Sequence record: MF459646.1
Strand: one strand, 5' to 3'
From: Erwinia phage vB_EamM_RisingSun
Length of the DNA stretch: 40,000 nt
Positions 27,760-36,952 of the stretch are shown here, in pieces (positions within the stretch are counted from its first letter, which is position 1; every line of letters begins with the position of its first letter). The notes under the pieces were generated by a model. The model saw nothing but the letters and a program-made list of their open reading frames with translations, was not told where the DNA came from and ran no database searches. The position numbers and the translations under genes were made by a program.

Positions 27760-27800
27760 CAGGAAGTAGTCTATAACTCTTATATACCAACAACCTTTGG

Positions 27801-27830
27801 GGGAGACCGCAAGGTCTCCCTCCCTTTTTT
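27801..27830 (+). terminator. Terminator
   Basis: gggagacc-gcaa-ggtctccc followed by tccctttttt. Confidence 0.85.
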
Positions 27831-27853
27831 ACCCTTTCGCAATAATTTTTCAG

Positions 27854-27877
27854 CACTACATTATTAGTGTGTATAAG
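27854..27877 (+). promoter_or_regulatory. Putative phage promoter, recurring motif variant
   Basis: cactacattattagtgtgtataag, 30 nt before ORF 27907. Confidence 0.5.
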
Positions 27878-27906
27878 AACATGTAATATTCCTCAGGAGA
27901 AGAATT

Positions 27907-29469
27907 TTGCTTATTATCGAATCCACCCGCAGTTCGAAGAAGACCCTTGACGGTGTCGTGGTCTCCTATAACGGACAAACATTACGGTTTAACGGGAAAG
28001 CCACCATTAAGCTAGAGCGTTCGTTTAAGAGTGCAGGTGATGACGCTGAAGAAGCGAATCTGTTTGACTGCCAAAACGAATACATCGAAAACACGTTCAC
28101 CAAAGAACAAAAGATTGCGCTGTTCAACTGTTATCAGCGTGGTTACGATGTGGTTGAAAACGGTAAGTTCTCCGACTACCAATCGGAAATCAGCAAGCTG
28201 GTACCGATTATTAACGACATCTTTGAAATCATCAATCCCGACAAGTTCTTCTACTTTATCCAGGTAAGCCGACACCTGGTGGTACCGAAAGAACTCAGCG
28301 TCGCGGCCAGCAAAGGGGATTACCCGGAAGAAACCACCCTGCTGGAAAAAGATTACATCGAACTGGCGAAGATGACCTTCCTGGTCCGTACGGTGTATCC
28401 GGTACTGTTCTCCTTACTGGCACGCTTTGAAGATCTGATGGGCGGCGGGTACAATGAACTGGTTGCCGGTAAGCTGCTGAAAGATTCACCGCACGTGAAA
28501 CACACCGCGGGTTGGAATCGTCTGGTGCAGTACGTACAGTTCACCTTCACCAAACACGGCGTGCCGCAACAGTCTGTGAACGTGGCCAGTATGGAACACT
28601 TCATGGAACGTGTGGTGTACCGCACTATCTTTAACCGTCTGTGCTGTGCGGTGATTCCGGAAACGGAAGAAGGCAAGAACATTGCTACCGCTATCTCAGC
28701 CGAAGTGCGTCAGTGCGAAGCGTCCACTGGAGTCTACAAACGTAAAGAAGCCAGTTACGATGCAGACGACGATAAGCGCTCTCACTACGAGAAGTACCAA
28801 ATCAGTGAAACCGTGAACTCGGCCAAAGAAGCTGCACAAGCAGAATGGTTCAGTTTCGGTCTCTACGATGAAGAAGACCGCCCACGCTTTAATAACCGCT
28901 TTATGCATCAGTGTAAAGCATTGGGGATTAAGCAGGAGCAGTTAGTTGACCAGGTGTTTGATAATCTACCGACTATCTGGGATTTCGAGTTAGGCCAGCA
29001 CATCGTCAAGATTTTGCAGTTGACGTACATGGGCAAGCTCTCTCCCAATATTTATTACGCCTGTTCCTACGAGCAGCTCATGGCAGCGATTGCCATTGCA
29101 CAAGTCTGGTTAGCAGAACGTGGGTACTATTACCTGCCATCTGTGTTGGGTGCGATTCCTACCGAAGACGGAGTCCGTACTCTGGCTGACGTGATGAAGC
29201 TCAACACCGAAGACCGCGAAGCCCTGGATGCCATTTGTGACGTACAGGCGAAAAACAACGAAGGCCGCTCAAACAATGAAGCGGTGCTCGCAGCTGCTGA
29301 GTTCCTCGATAACTTTGGCAACGGTATCTGGAAGACCAACCTCGAGTTGGGTGTGCTTCAAGAACCGGAAGTCTACGGTCGTGTGAAGAAAGGTTCACTC
29401 TTCCCGCTGGAAATCACCAAAGAAATCAAAGAAGAATTCATGCGTTTAATCATTGAGTCCAATACTTAA
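27907..29469 (+). CDS. Candidate fifth subunit of the non-virion RNA polymerase (phiKZ gp68-like)
   Basis: 520 aa, matching the expected size, placed before the gp69/gp70/beta C/beta' C-like run. Confidence 0.6.
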   Translation: MLIIESTRSSKKTLDGVVVSYNGQTLRFNGKATIKLERSFKSAGDDAEEANLFDCQNEYIENTFTKEQKIALFNCYQRGYDVVENGKFSDYQSEISKLVPIINDIFEIINPDKFFYFIQVSRHLVVPKELSVAASKGDYPEETTLLEKDYIELAKMTFLVRTVYPVLFSLLARFEDLMGGGYNELVAGKLLKDSPHVKHTAGWNRLVQYVQFTFTKHGVPQQSVNVASMEHFMERVVYRTIFNRLCCAVIPETEEGKNIATAISAEVRQCEASTGVYKRKEASYDADDDKRSHYEKYQISETVNSAKEAAQAEWFSFGLYDEEDRPRFNNRFMHQCKALGIKQEQLVDQVFDNLPTIWDFELGQHIVKILQLTYMGKLSPNIYYACSYEQLMAAIAIAQVWLAERGYYYLPSVLGAIPTEDGVRTLADVMKLNTEDREALDAICDVQAKNNEGRSNNEAVLAAAEFLDNFGNGIWKTNLELGVLQEPEVYGRVKKGSLFPLEITKEIKEEFMRLIIESNT

Positions 29470-29499
29470 TTTAATTGTAATTAGGAGCATAGAAAAATC

Positions 29500-30939
29500 A
29501 TGGCAGAGATCCGCTTAGAAGAAGCTATTTTCGGTATGTCGAACAATAACCACGTTCACGTTCACCGTCATAACCAACTGTTGCTTGACCCTCAACAAGT
29601 CGACCAACTCAAAATGGAATCCATGGGGGGTGGTGTACGTTCTTCCACCCTTAACGATATTGCATTGAAAGCCGGTAGTCTGAGTACCGTTGCTCAAGGT
29701 GCGGTTGATTTAGAAGAAGGCTGGAACCTGCGTCGTGGGTTAGGTATGCTGCGCTTCATGGTTACCCAGAACGGTCTGGTAGAAGAAGAGCTCTGTATTC
29801 TGGGCTACCTCAAAGGCGGTTCCGCATCGGTGATGGGTATCGAAGGTCACACCATGTTTGTGCCAGTGCGTTCCTGGAGCAAGGTAACCGAAAACAAACA
29901 GAACCCGCTGGACGGCATGGACTATTCCCAGACCACCATCAATGACTCCTCGCAGTTCCTGATGGGTGACCCGGGTCAGACCAAACGTCTGCAATCACTG
30001 CGTCCAATTGACATTGCGGATTCCGTGGTGGGCTACGCAGCAGTACAGGCAGAAGACAGTGGTCCGAAAACCTTCGATGGCAACATCGGCAGCGACCTAC
30101 AGGTAAACGGCATCACCGTCTCCAAAACCCACAACCTCAATCCGGTGTTTCACAGCCGTGAACTGATTAAGATGGCGTCCAATGTGCTGGGCGATACGGC
30201 AGCGCAATACGGTACACAGTACGCGTTGACCGACGCCACTGCTGCGCCAGGGTTAGGTGAAATGCACCCGACTGAAAACCCGTTCCTGCGAACCATGCAA
30301 CACCAAACCGGTATGCATACGTTCCGTGGGTTCGACGGTTTTACCATGGACGAAATTGCCGCGGTGTTTGCTAACCTGGCAGACGTGTTGAACGTTAACC
30401 TGCTGGATGAAACATCTTATCCGGGTGTCGATAACACAGCCACCTCCAACGAGTACGGTACTTCTTCACCGTATGAAATCCTGGGGTCTGAACTGGCGTA
30501 CATTACTGTGCACTCATTGATCCAATGTGGTCTGATGTCAGTAAGCTTCTCGGCGACCAACGACTTCAGCGAAACAGGCGGTCTGGCTAACAACAACGGC
30601 ACGGTATTCATCCCAGGTGAATCCATGTCCTTGCTGAACCACGATGATGCACTGGCTGCGCGTGTGGAACGTTTCATGAACCTGGTGGACCAGAACTTCT
30701 TCACCAAGCTCAATGGCCCGTATCACCACAACCGTACCATCGTCGGGGTAAAAGTGGAATCGTACCTGTTCGGTGAAACCGTCGTGGAAATCTCCCTGAA
30801 CGGTAACTTCAACGACCAGCGCCGTTACGTAAACGCAACCTTCGCTATTAACCGTCACAGCACCAACATCGGTGCCAACCAGGTTTCGGTCGACCAGGCC
30901 ACTAACTTCTTCGAAAGCATTCGCAACTATTTACAATAA
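29500..30939 (+). CDS. Candidate Imp1/PicA-like shell-associated protein import factor (phiKZ gp69 position)
   Basis: 479 aa; lies between the gp68-like and gp70-like genes. Assignment is by gene order only. Confidence 0.5.
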   Translation: MAEIRLEEAIFGMSNNNHVHVHRHNQLLLDPQQVDQLKMESMGGGVRSSTLNDIALKAGSLSTVAQGAVDLEEGWNLRRGLGMLRFMVTQNGLVEEELCILGYLKGGSASVMGIEGHTMFVPVRSWSKVTENKQNPLDGMDYSQTTINDSSQFLMGDPGQTKRLQSLRPIDIADSVVGYAAVQAEDSGPKTFDGNIGSDLQVNGITVSKTHNLNPVFHSRELIKMASNVLGDTAAQYGTQYALTDATAAPGLGEMHPTENPFLRTMQHQTGMHTFRGFDGFTMDEIAAVFANLADVLNVNLLDETSYPGVDNTATSNEYGTSSPYEILGSELAYITVHSLIQCGLMSVSFSATNDFSETGGLANNNGTVFIPGESMSLLNHDDALAARVERFMNLVDQNFFTKLNGPYHHNRTIVGVKVESYLFGETVVEISLNGNFNDQRRYVNATFAINRHSTNIGANQVSVDQATNFFESIRNYLQ

Positions 30940-30952
30940 GGTATCTGAACCA

Positions 30953-32359
30953 ATGAATGAATTAAACAAACTGTATTCCGCCATGTGGAAATCCTGGGGC
31001 GGCGTCATCAAGGAAGATGGCCGCATGGTGCTGGAAGTGGAAGGTAGTGAATACCCGGTGCGTATCGACGAGATGGACATGTTCCTGCCGTTGAGCGAAG
31101 TGCTGGAAGGTCAGACCATGGGTAAAGTGTTCTTCCACCCGGCCTGTGAAAACATCACCTCCAAAGAAACCGAAGTCTTTAAGGTGATCCGCAAAATTGC
31201 ACCGATGCGTCTGCTGACCATGTTCCGCGAGTATCCGCTGGTACTGCTGGACGTGGCTACCCGTAAGACCAAGAAAACCTGGCGTCAGGATATTCTGGAC
31301 TTGCTGGACCCGCTGAGCAACGTTAAGAAGAACGTGCGTGATGAGCTCAAGATGCTGTTCTCTCGCATGCACATTGAAGTGGAAAACGAAGGCGTCGACA
31401 ACCGCTTCATTCACTTCAAGGTCAGCAAAGGTGGTGGACGTTCTAAAATCACCGGCGAGAAGGTGTACTACAAAACCAAGCCAAGCTTCCCGTTCTATAA
31501 TGAAATGGTGAAGAAGCTGGCACGCAGTGAAGGGATGGCGGATAACCAAACGGTTGAAGTCAATAACTTTAGCGTGTCTCGTGGCGCACTGAAAGTGGCG
31601 GTTGATCTGTTCCAGGGTATCCTGCCGGCGGTAATGGCTCCGGACGACTACGAGTTTGAATCCACTCAACCGGTGGCAGCACGCTTGACGTCGTTCTTGA
31701 TGTGTTATGCAGAAATGGCCGAACAGCTGAACCGTCTGCAGAACAACTTCCGCGCTGACTTCGATAAGAAGGGTATTTACCCAATCGATGTAAGCTGGGT
31801 AGAGCACCTGGAAAACCTGCCGGACATCTATCGTCAGGTACCGCAGATGGATTACAACTCGCACAACACGCAGGAAGAATCCACCAGTGGTGTCAACCAG
31901 GGCAACCTGGGCAACATGCTGAGCTTCAACAGCAACAGCAACAATACCCAACAGCAACAGCAGAACCCGCAACAGCAAGTGACCAATCAGATGGCACAGG
32001 CGCAGGGCTTTGATACCACCGCTCCGATGATGCAGCCGGGCGATGACTATCAGAACTTTGACATCGACTACAACACCAACTCCGTCATGCACTATGCACG
32101 TAACCGTTCTACCGGCATGACTGTATTGTACCGTTGTTCTCGTCGTGGTAACCTGATTGAGCGTCGCGAGCTGTATCCGCAGCAGCAGGGCGGTATGATG
32201 GGTGGTATGAACATGGGCATGCAGAACATGATGCCTAACATGATGATGATGATGCCTAACGGCATGATGACCATGATGCCGATGTCAGCACCGACAGCGG
32301 GTTCTACCATGAACAGCATCCAGCCGGGCAGCTACGATAACACCCCAGCGGTGTTCTAA
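30953..32359 (+). CDS. phiKZ gp70-position protein with Gln/Asn- and Met-rich C-terminal tail
   Basis: ATG 30953 (MNELNKLYSAMWKSW) rather than track 30872, which overlaps the previous gene; tail contains TQQQQQNPQQQ and MMGGMNMGMQNMMPNMMMMMPNGMMTMMPM. Confidence 0.8.
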   Translation: MNELNKLYSAMWKSWGGVIKEDGRMVLEVEGSEYPVRIDEMDMFLPLSEVLEGQTMGKVFFHPACENITSKETEVFKVIRKIAPMRLLTMFREYPLVLLDVATRKTKKTWRQDILDLLDPLSNVKKNVRDELKMLFSRMHIEVENEGVDNRFIHFKVSKGGGRSKITGEKVYYKTKPSFPFYNEMVKKLARSEGMADNQTVEVNNFSVSRGALKVAVDLFQGILPAVMAPDDYEFESTQPVAARLTSFLMCYAEMAEQLNRLQNNFRADFDKKGIYPIDVSWVEHLENLPDIYRQVPQMDYNSHNTQEESTSGVNQGNLGNMLSFNSNSNNTQQQQQNPQQQVTNQMAQAQGFDTTAPMMQPGDDYQNFDIDYNTNSVMHYARNRSTGMTVLYRCSRRGNLIERRELYPQQQGGMMGGMNMGMQNMMPNMMMMMPNGMMTMMPMSAPTAGSTMNSIQPGSYDNTPAVF

Positions 32360-32375
32360 CTCGCAACATAACCCC

Positions 32376-32405
32376 TACCCCAGTACCCGTCAAGGTACTG
32401 GGGTA
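32376..32405. terminator. Bidirectional terminator between convergent genes
   Basis: taccccagtacc-cgtcaa-ggtactggggta, perfect 12-bp stem. Confidence 0.75.
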
Positions 32406-32425
32406 AAAGGAGATTGTATTCTTTT

Positions 32426-32752
32426 TTAACTGCGAACAGTATTCTTACGGGCTATGATGCTTTCCAGCTCAGATTCATTAAGGGTACGGATCTCTTTCAG
32501 TCCGCTGATATCCATAAAGGGATCTTCAATACCGTTAATAAAGGCAGTGGCCCAATACAAATGTGGCGGTATGCCTTCGCTGCGAAGTAAACGGTAGAAA
32601 TCAAACCGATACATCTGCACCGAATAACGATTAATGATCGATTTGGTTCCCGCAGACTTCAGTAGCAGTTCTTTCTCTGACCGCACCAGGGTTTTAAACT
32701 CTTCGGTGTAGTAGAAGGCATACAGTTCGTTGTAGCCGGTTTCAATAGGCAC
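32426..32752 (-). CDS. Hypothetical protein, 108 aa, inverted inside the RNAP cluster
   Basis: ORF with its own terminator and divergent intergenic region. Confidence 0.7.
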   Translation of the reverse strand: MPIETGYNELYAFYYTEEFKTLVRSEKELLLKSAGTKSIINRYSVQMYRFDFYRLLRSEGIPPHLYWATAFINGIEDPFMDISGLKEIRTLNESELESIIARKNTVRS

Positions 32753-32776
32753 GTCTTAATCTCCTATGCAATTTTA

Positions 32777-32800
32777 GCACTATATTATTAAATTGTAAAT
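32777..32800 (+). promoter_or_regulatory. Promoter-motif variant upstream of the beta C-half gene
   Basis: cactatattattaaattgtaaatg; AT core conserved, GGGTGAAT half degraded. Confidence 0.45.
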
Positions 32801-32832
32801 GGACAAGTAGTTTCACTAAAGAGGTATAATTA

Positions 32833-34944
32833 ATGGGCCTTAAAATCAACCAACTTCATCCTGATGTCATGGGTGTCTGCATTAACCTTAACGTGTTTCC
32901 GTGGAATAACTCCGCCGCACGTTTGTACATGTGCGGTAACATGATTCCAAAGTCAGTGGTGACCGTTGGTCGGACTACCCGTAAGATTATCTCCGGGTTC
33001 GAAAAACAGTATGGAGAAACTGCGCGCAAAATCACGGCCCCGGCTAACATGACCGTTGAGCAGGTTTTCTTTATTGAAAGTCTGCAAGGCAATGGATTGG
33101 CAACCGACGAATGGAACAGCATTTGGGTGGTGTTCAAGAATGATGAAAAGAACGCCTACGATGTGCTGGAACTTCCTCGGTACAATACCCAGAACACCTA
33201 CATCGGCTTCGAATACGTTTATGACAAAGAAATGATTAAGCGTCTGTTCGAAGAGAAGAACCCCACCTTCCGTAAAGGTGATGTGTTCGGGTGGTCCCCA
33301 CGCATCAGTGAAAGTGGTGAGTGGCGGTTCGGGATGGAAACCAAGGTCGCAGCCATGTCTTCTCACCGTACGGAAGAGGACGGCATTGTTATCACCGAGA
33401 GCTATGCGCGTAACCGTATGCGCTGTATGTTCAAACATGAACGTGAGTTCAACTGGGATGAAGAAGAGTACGTGCCGGTGTTCCTGTACGGTACTGACGA
33501 GAATCCGCGTCCGTTCCCGGAAAGCGGTGAACCGATTCGTCCTGATGGTCTGGTTATGGCTTTCCGCAAGCGCGTCACGGAAAACGCGTTAGTCAGTCTT
33601 ACCAAGAAAGCATTGCGTACACCGGACTACCTGTATGACATTCTGTTCTATGCACCGGCTGGTGCACGGGTAATGTCAATCGACGTCAGCAGCGACCGTA
33701 TGAAGAACCAGTCGAATAACCGCAGCACGGAATACATCGACCAGGAACATAATCGGATGCTGACTCAGATGGAACGTGCAGCAAACGAACACTTCATGCG
33801 CATCATCTCCTGGTACGAGAACAAGAACTACCATAACGGTAAAGTGGAAATCCCGGTGACCTTTGAGCTGGATACCTTTATCCGTAATGCCTACTACAAC
33901 TACACCGTGGACTTCCGCGGTCAGACCAAGCAGATTAACCCGTTGTACCGTGCTTTCAAACGTACCCGTAAGAAAGACTGGAACGTGAAGATTCTGCTGA
34001 AAGAAGAAGTGGTGGGTCGCAGTAAGTTCAAGCTCTCGGGCATGAACGGTGACAAAGGTGTAGCCGTAACCGTTATTCCTGATGACCATGCACCGATGTA
34101 CGAAGACGGTACCCGTGCTGAAATCATCATCAACAACACGCCGGCGTTCCGTCGTCAAATCTTCGGGATGTTAATGGAGATGAGTATTAACTTCATCAAC
34201 ATGAACGTTCACCGGGAAATGTGTGCACTGCGTGACCAGGGTAATTATAAGGAGGCGTGGGCGAAGCTGATTGAGTTCTACCATACCGCTAACCCTGAGT
34301 TCGGTGAGATGGTGGATTCGGTGTACGTAACGGATGAAGAGCGTTTCGAGCACGTGGATTACGTTGCCCGTGACCAAATCTCCATTCAGTACCGCAGCGA
34401 CTCAAAAGTAGTTGGGGCCGATATCATTAATGCGTTACGGAAGAAGTATTCTTATAAGCCGCAGAAAGCGTACTTCGTGAATGCCCTGGGTGAACGTATT
34501 CTCAGTGAGAACCCGATTCTGATTACGTCCATGTACTACATGCTGTTGGACAAATTCGGAACGGACATGTCATCTCAGGCCATGCCGAAGTCGAACCTGT
34601 TTGGTATGCCGGCGAAGCTCAACGAGCAGGATAAACACGGGAACTGGTATCGCGATATCTGGAACCGTAACTCCGGGGAAACGGAATCACGTCTGCGCGT
34701 TAGCCAGAGTGGTTCACAGGAAATCGTCAAGAACTTGGCGCTGGCCTACTCTCCTGACCTGCGTCGTGCTGTAGCGTCCCGCATTATCCGTGCTGACGAT
34801 CCGTTTGAAATCAAGCAGATTGTGAAGCCGGCAGAATACGCCACGAATGCTGCAGTTATCATGGGTGGCTCTATGCTGTCCGATTCGGGGTACACTATCC
34901 GTCACGAACGCCCAACCGATCGCTCTTCAAATACCGGGGAATAA
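32833..34944 (+). CDS. Phage multi-subunit RNA polymerase, beta-like C-terminal subunit (phiKZ gp71-73-like)
   Basis: VVGRSKFKLSGMNGDKGVAVTVIPDDHAPMYEDGTRAEIIINN aligns with the beta-subunit GDK-RHGNKG---...P-EDMPY--DG---DIVLNP region. Confidence 0.88.
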   Translation: MGLKINQLHPDVMGVCINLNVFPWNNSAARLYMCGNMIPKSVVTVGRTTRKIISGFEKQYGETARKITAPANMTVEQVFFIESLQGNGLATDEWNSIWVVFKNDEKNAYDVLELPRYNTQNTYIGFEYVYDKEMIKRLFEEKNPTFRKGDVFGWSPRISESGEWRFGMETKVAAMSSHRTEEDGIVITESYARNRMRCMFKHEREFNWDEEEYVPVFLYGTDENPRPFPESGEPIRPDGLVMAFRKRVTENALVSLTKKALRTPDYLYDILFYAPAGARVMSIDVSSDRMKNQSNNRSTEYIDQEHNRMLTQMERAANEHFMRIISWYENKNYHNGKVEIPVTFELDTFIRNAYYNYTVDFRGQTKQINPLYRAFKRTRKKDWNVKILLKEEVVGRSKFKLSGMNGDKGVAVTVIPDDHAPMYEDGTRAEIIINNTPAFRRQIFGMLMEMSINFINMNVHREMCALRDQGNYKEAWAKLIEFYHTANPEFGEMVDSVYVTDEERFEHVDYVARDQISIQYRSDSKVVGADIINALRKKYSYKPQKAYFVNALGERILSENPILITSMYYMLLDKFGTDMSSQAMPKSNLFGMPAKLNEQDKHGNWYRDIWNRNSGETESRLRVSQSGSQEIVKNLALAYSPDLRRAVASRIIRADDPFEIKQIVKPAEYATNAAVIMGGSMLSDSGYTIRHERPTDRSSNTGE

Positions 34945-34951
34945 TAGCGAC

Positions 34952-36937
34952 ATGATGAAAATTAATCTTCGAGAGTTTGCTAACCTACCAGAAGAAACTA
35001 TTCTGCGTTGGCGAGGATTTCGTTTTGCCGCAGAGGTCACGGATGACTTCGGGGAAACCAAAAAGTCAGACACCTATAACCTGATGCTCAGTTGGTATGG
35101 ACTGATTGTGCATCGACAGTTTAATGAGGAGAAATATCACCTGGATGAAATCGTGGACTGTAAAGTCTATAACGAAGATTCCTTGGCGGAACCGATTAAC
35201 TGTTTCCTGAACCGTATCATGGTCACGATGTACGACCCGGTTCAGTCTGACCTGATTAAACGCCTCATTTATATCTGGCAGTGCAAGCTCAATAACTTCC
35301 TGGTGGCTACTACTGAAGGTCACGCTATCTCTGCGGATGCCGAGTGCGTATCGGAAGTGCAGCAAGACCCAGGCATCATTGAGCTGCGCAATCGGGTACT
35401 GGCCGGTAAGATTTCCATTGACGATGGTGAGCAGGAGTTCATCACCTACATGGAAACATCACCGTCGCTGGATTACAACACCTTTGCGCTGCTGGCACGT
35501 ACTGGTGGTGTGCAGTACAACCAGGCGTATCAGACTATCATCTGTCGTGGTGCGGTGTTTGATTTGAACAACCAAATCTTCCCGAACCCGATTTATGATT
35601 CGTACGCTACGGGTATCACCAACCTGGCAGACTCCCTGGCAGAAATTAAGGGTGCGGGTAAATCACTGATTACCAACGGCAAGGCGCTGAAGGACTCAGA
35701 ATGGTTCCACCGTAAAACGCACCTTTATATGTCTGTGCTGGAATCGATTGACCACTTCCACGACTGTGGTTCACCGTACACAGTTCCACTGAAAGTCACC
35801 GGCAAAGACTTTGCTAAATCCCTGCAGGGGAAATACATGGTCACCGAAGACAGTCAGCTGGTATTGATTACGCGTGACGTGTCGAAGAAGCTGGTGATTG
35901 GCGACACCGTGAACATCCGTTCACAGGCGTTCTGCTTGTCTCACAATCCAGCGGCTCCGTGTCGTGTCTGTTACGGTATGATGAAAACCGTTGTGCCGTA
36001 CAACACCATCATGAAGCGGGATGCCAACATCGGGATGTTCTCAGGGACCACGGTCTGTAACCCGATGGGTCAGAAAATGCTGTCCACTAAACACTTCCTG
36101 CGTAACACCACCACACAACCGTTTGCCGTAATGCGTGCAGATGCTGACATCATCAATACCAACGGTGATGACATCTTCCTGAACAAAGACCTGTGTCGTG
36201 CAGGAACGGAACTGGTATTGCCGGTGGCTGTGGTGCGTGAACTGTCGGACCTGCGTTCTCTGGATACTTTGGAAAACGTAAGCCAGGATAAACTGTCCTT
36301 CTTTAACGATGTGACGTTTAAGTACACCATGGAAGATCCAATGATTGGCGGGACCACCACCCATCAGCGTTCTGTAGTGACATCAGTGTCCTCTCGTTCT
36401 GCGAAGATGACCACTGACTTCCTGGAGTACGTACTGACCCGTGGTTGGAAAGTGCAGGACAAGAAGTTCATCTCGGTAGAGTTAGGCGGCTGGAACCATA
36501 AAGCTCCGCTGTTTGAACTGCCGTACATGCACGAAGACCTGGACGTTCACCGTCGGCGTATCGAATCGTTCTTGACGTTCTCAAACCGCAACATCACCTG
36601 GAAGAAGCAGGAGGTGACCCCGCGTCTGTTTGGTGACGTGCTGAGCGAATTCTGGCAGCTCATGGCGCAGAAGTTTAAGGGCAACAACATTATCCATTTA
36701 GAGACAATGCTGTATGCCACAACGGCTGCGGACCCGTTCAATGGATGTTATGCACTGGTCAACGGCCGGGGTACTAAGTACTTCACGTCGTTTGTCAATT
36801 GCATCAACAACCGTGGTGCAGGAACCATGTTAATATTCGAACGCCAGCAAACGTACTTGAACGACCCTAAATCGTTCTTGATCAAAGACCGCCAGGGTAC
36901 CCCCCTGGAGTGTTTCTGGAACCTGGCTTGTAGTTAA
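34952..36937 (+). CDS. Phage multi-subunit RNA polymerase, beta'-like C-terminal subunit (phiKZ gp74-like)
   Basis: PCRVCYG...NIGMFSGTTVCNPMGQKMLSTKHF aligns with beta' C--CYG...[24 protein letters not shown]. Start ATG 34952 or 34955, not track 34847. Confidence 0.88.
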   Translation: MMKINLREFANLPEETILRWRGFRFAAEVTDDFGETKKSDTYNLMLSWYGLIVHRQFNEEKYHLDEIVDCKVYNEDSLAEPINCFLNRIMVTMYDPVQSDLIKRLIYIWQCKLNNFLVATTEGHAISADAECVSEVQQDPGIIELRNRVLAGKISIDDGEQEFITYMETSPSLDYNTFALLARTGGVQYNQAYQTIICRGAVFDLNNQIFPNPIYDSYATGITNLADSLAEIKGAGKSLITNGKALKDSEWFHRKTHLYMSVLESIDHFHDCGSPYTVPLKVTGKDFAKSLQGKYMVTEDSQLVLITRDVSKKLVIGDTVNIRSQAFCLSHNPAAPCRVCYGMMKTVVPYNTIMKRDANIGMFSGTTVCNPMGQKMLSTKHFLRNTTTQPFAVMRADADIINTNGDDIFLNKDLCRAGTELVLPVAVVRELSDLRSLDTLENVSQDKLSFFNDVTFKYTMEDPMIGGTTTHQRSVVTSVSSRSAKMTTDFLEYVLTRGWKVQDKKFISVELGGWNHKAPLFELPYMHEDLDVHRRRIESFLTFSNRNITWKKQEVTPRLFGDVLSEFWQLMAQKFKGNNIIHLETMLYATTAADPFNGCYALVNGRGTKYFTSFVNCINNRGAGTMLIFERQQTYLNDPKSFLIKDRQGTPLECFWNLACS

Positions 36938-36952
36938 GGACAGGAGTAGGGT

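Noticed and set aside
29500-30939. Major capsid protein
   Set aside because: Abundant-protein length would allow it, but the phiKZ-type capsid protein is larger and located elsewhere; position between RNAP-locus genes favours the gp69 slot. Not excluded without a search.
34847-34951. N-terminal extension of the beta' C-half ORF
   Set aside because: Overlaps the end of the beta C-half gene and precedes the M-M-KINLREF start just after the TAA; translation of the overlap looks spurious.
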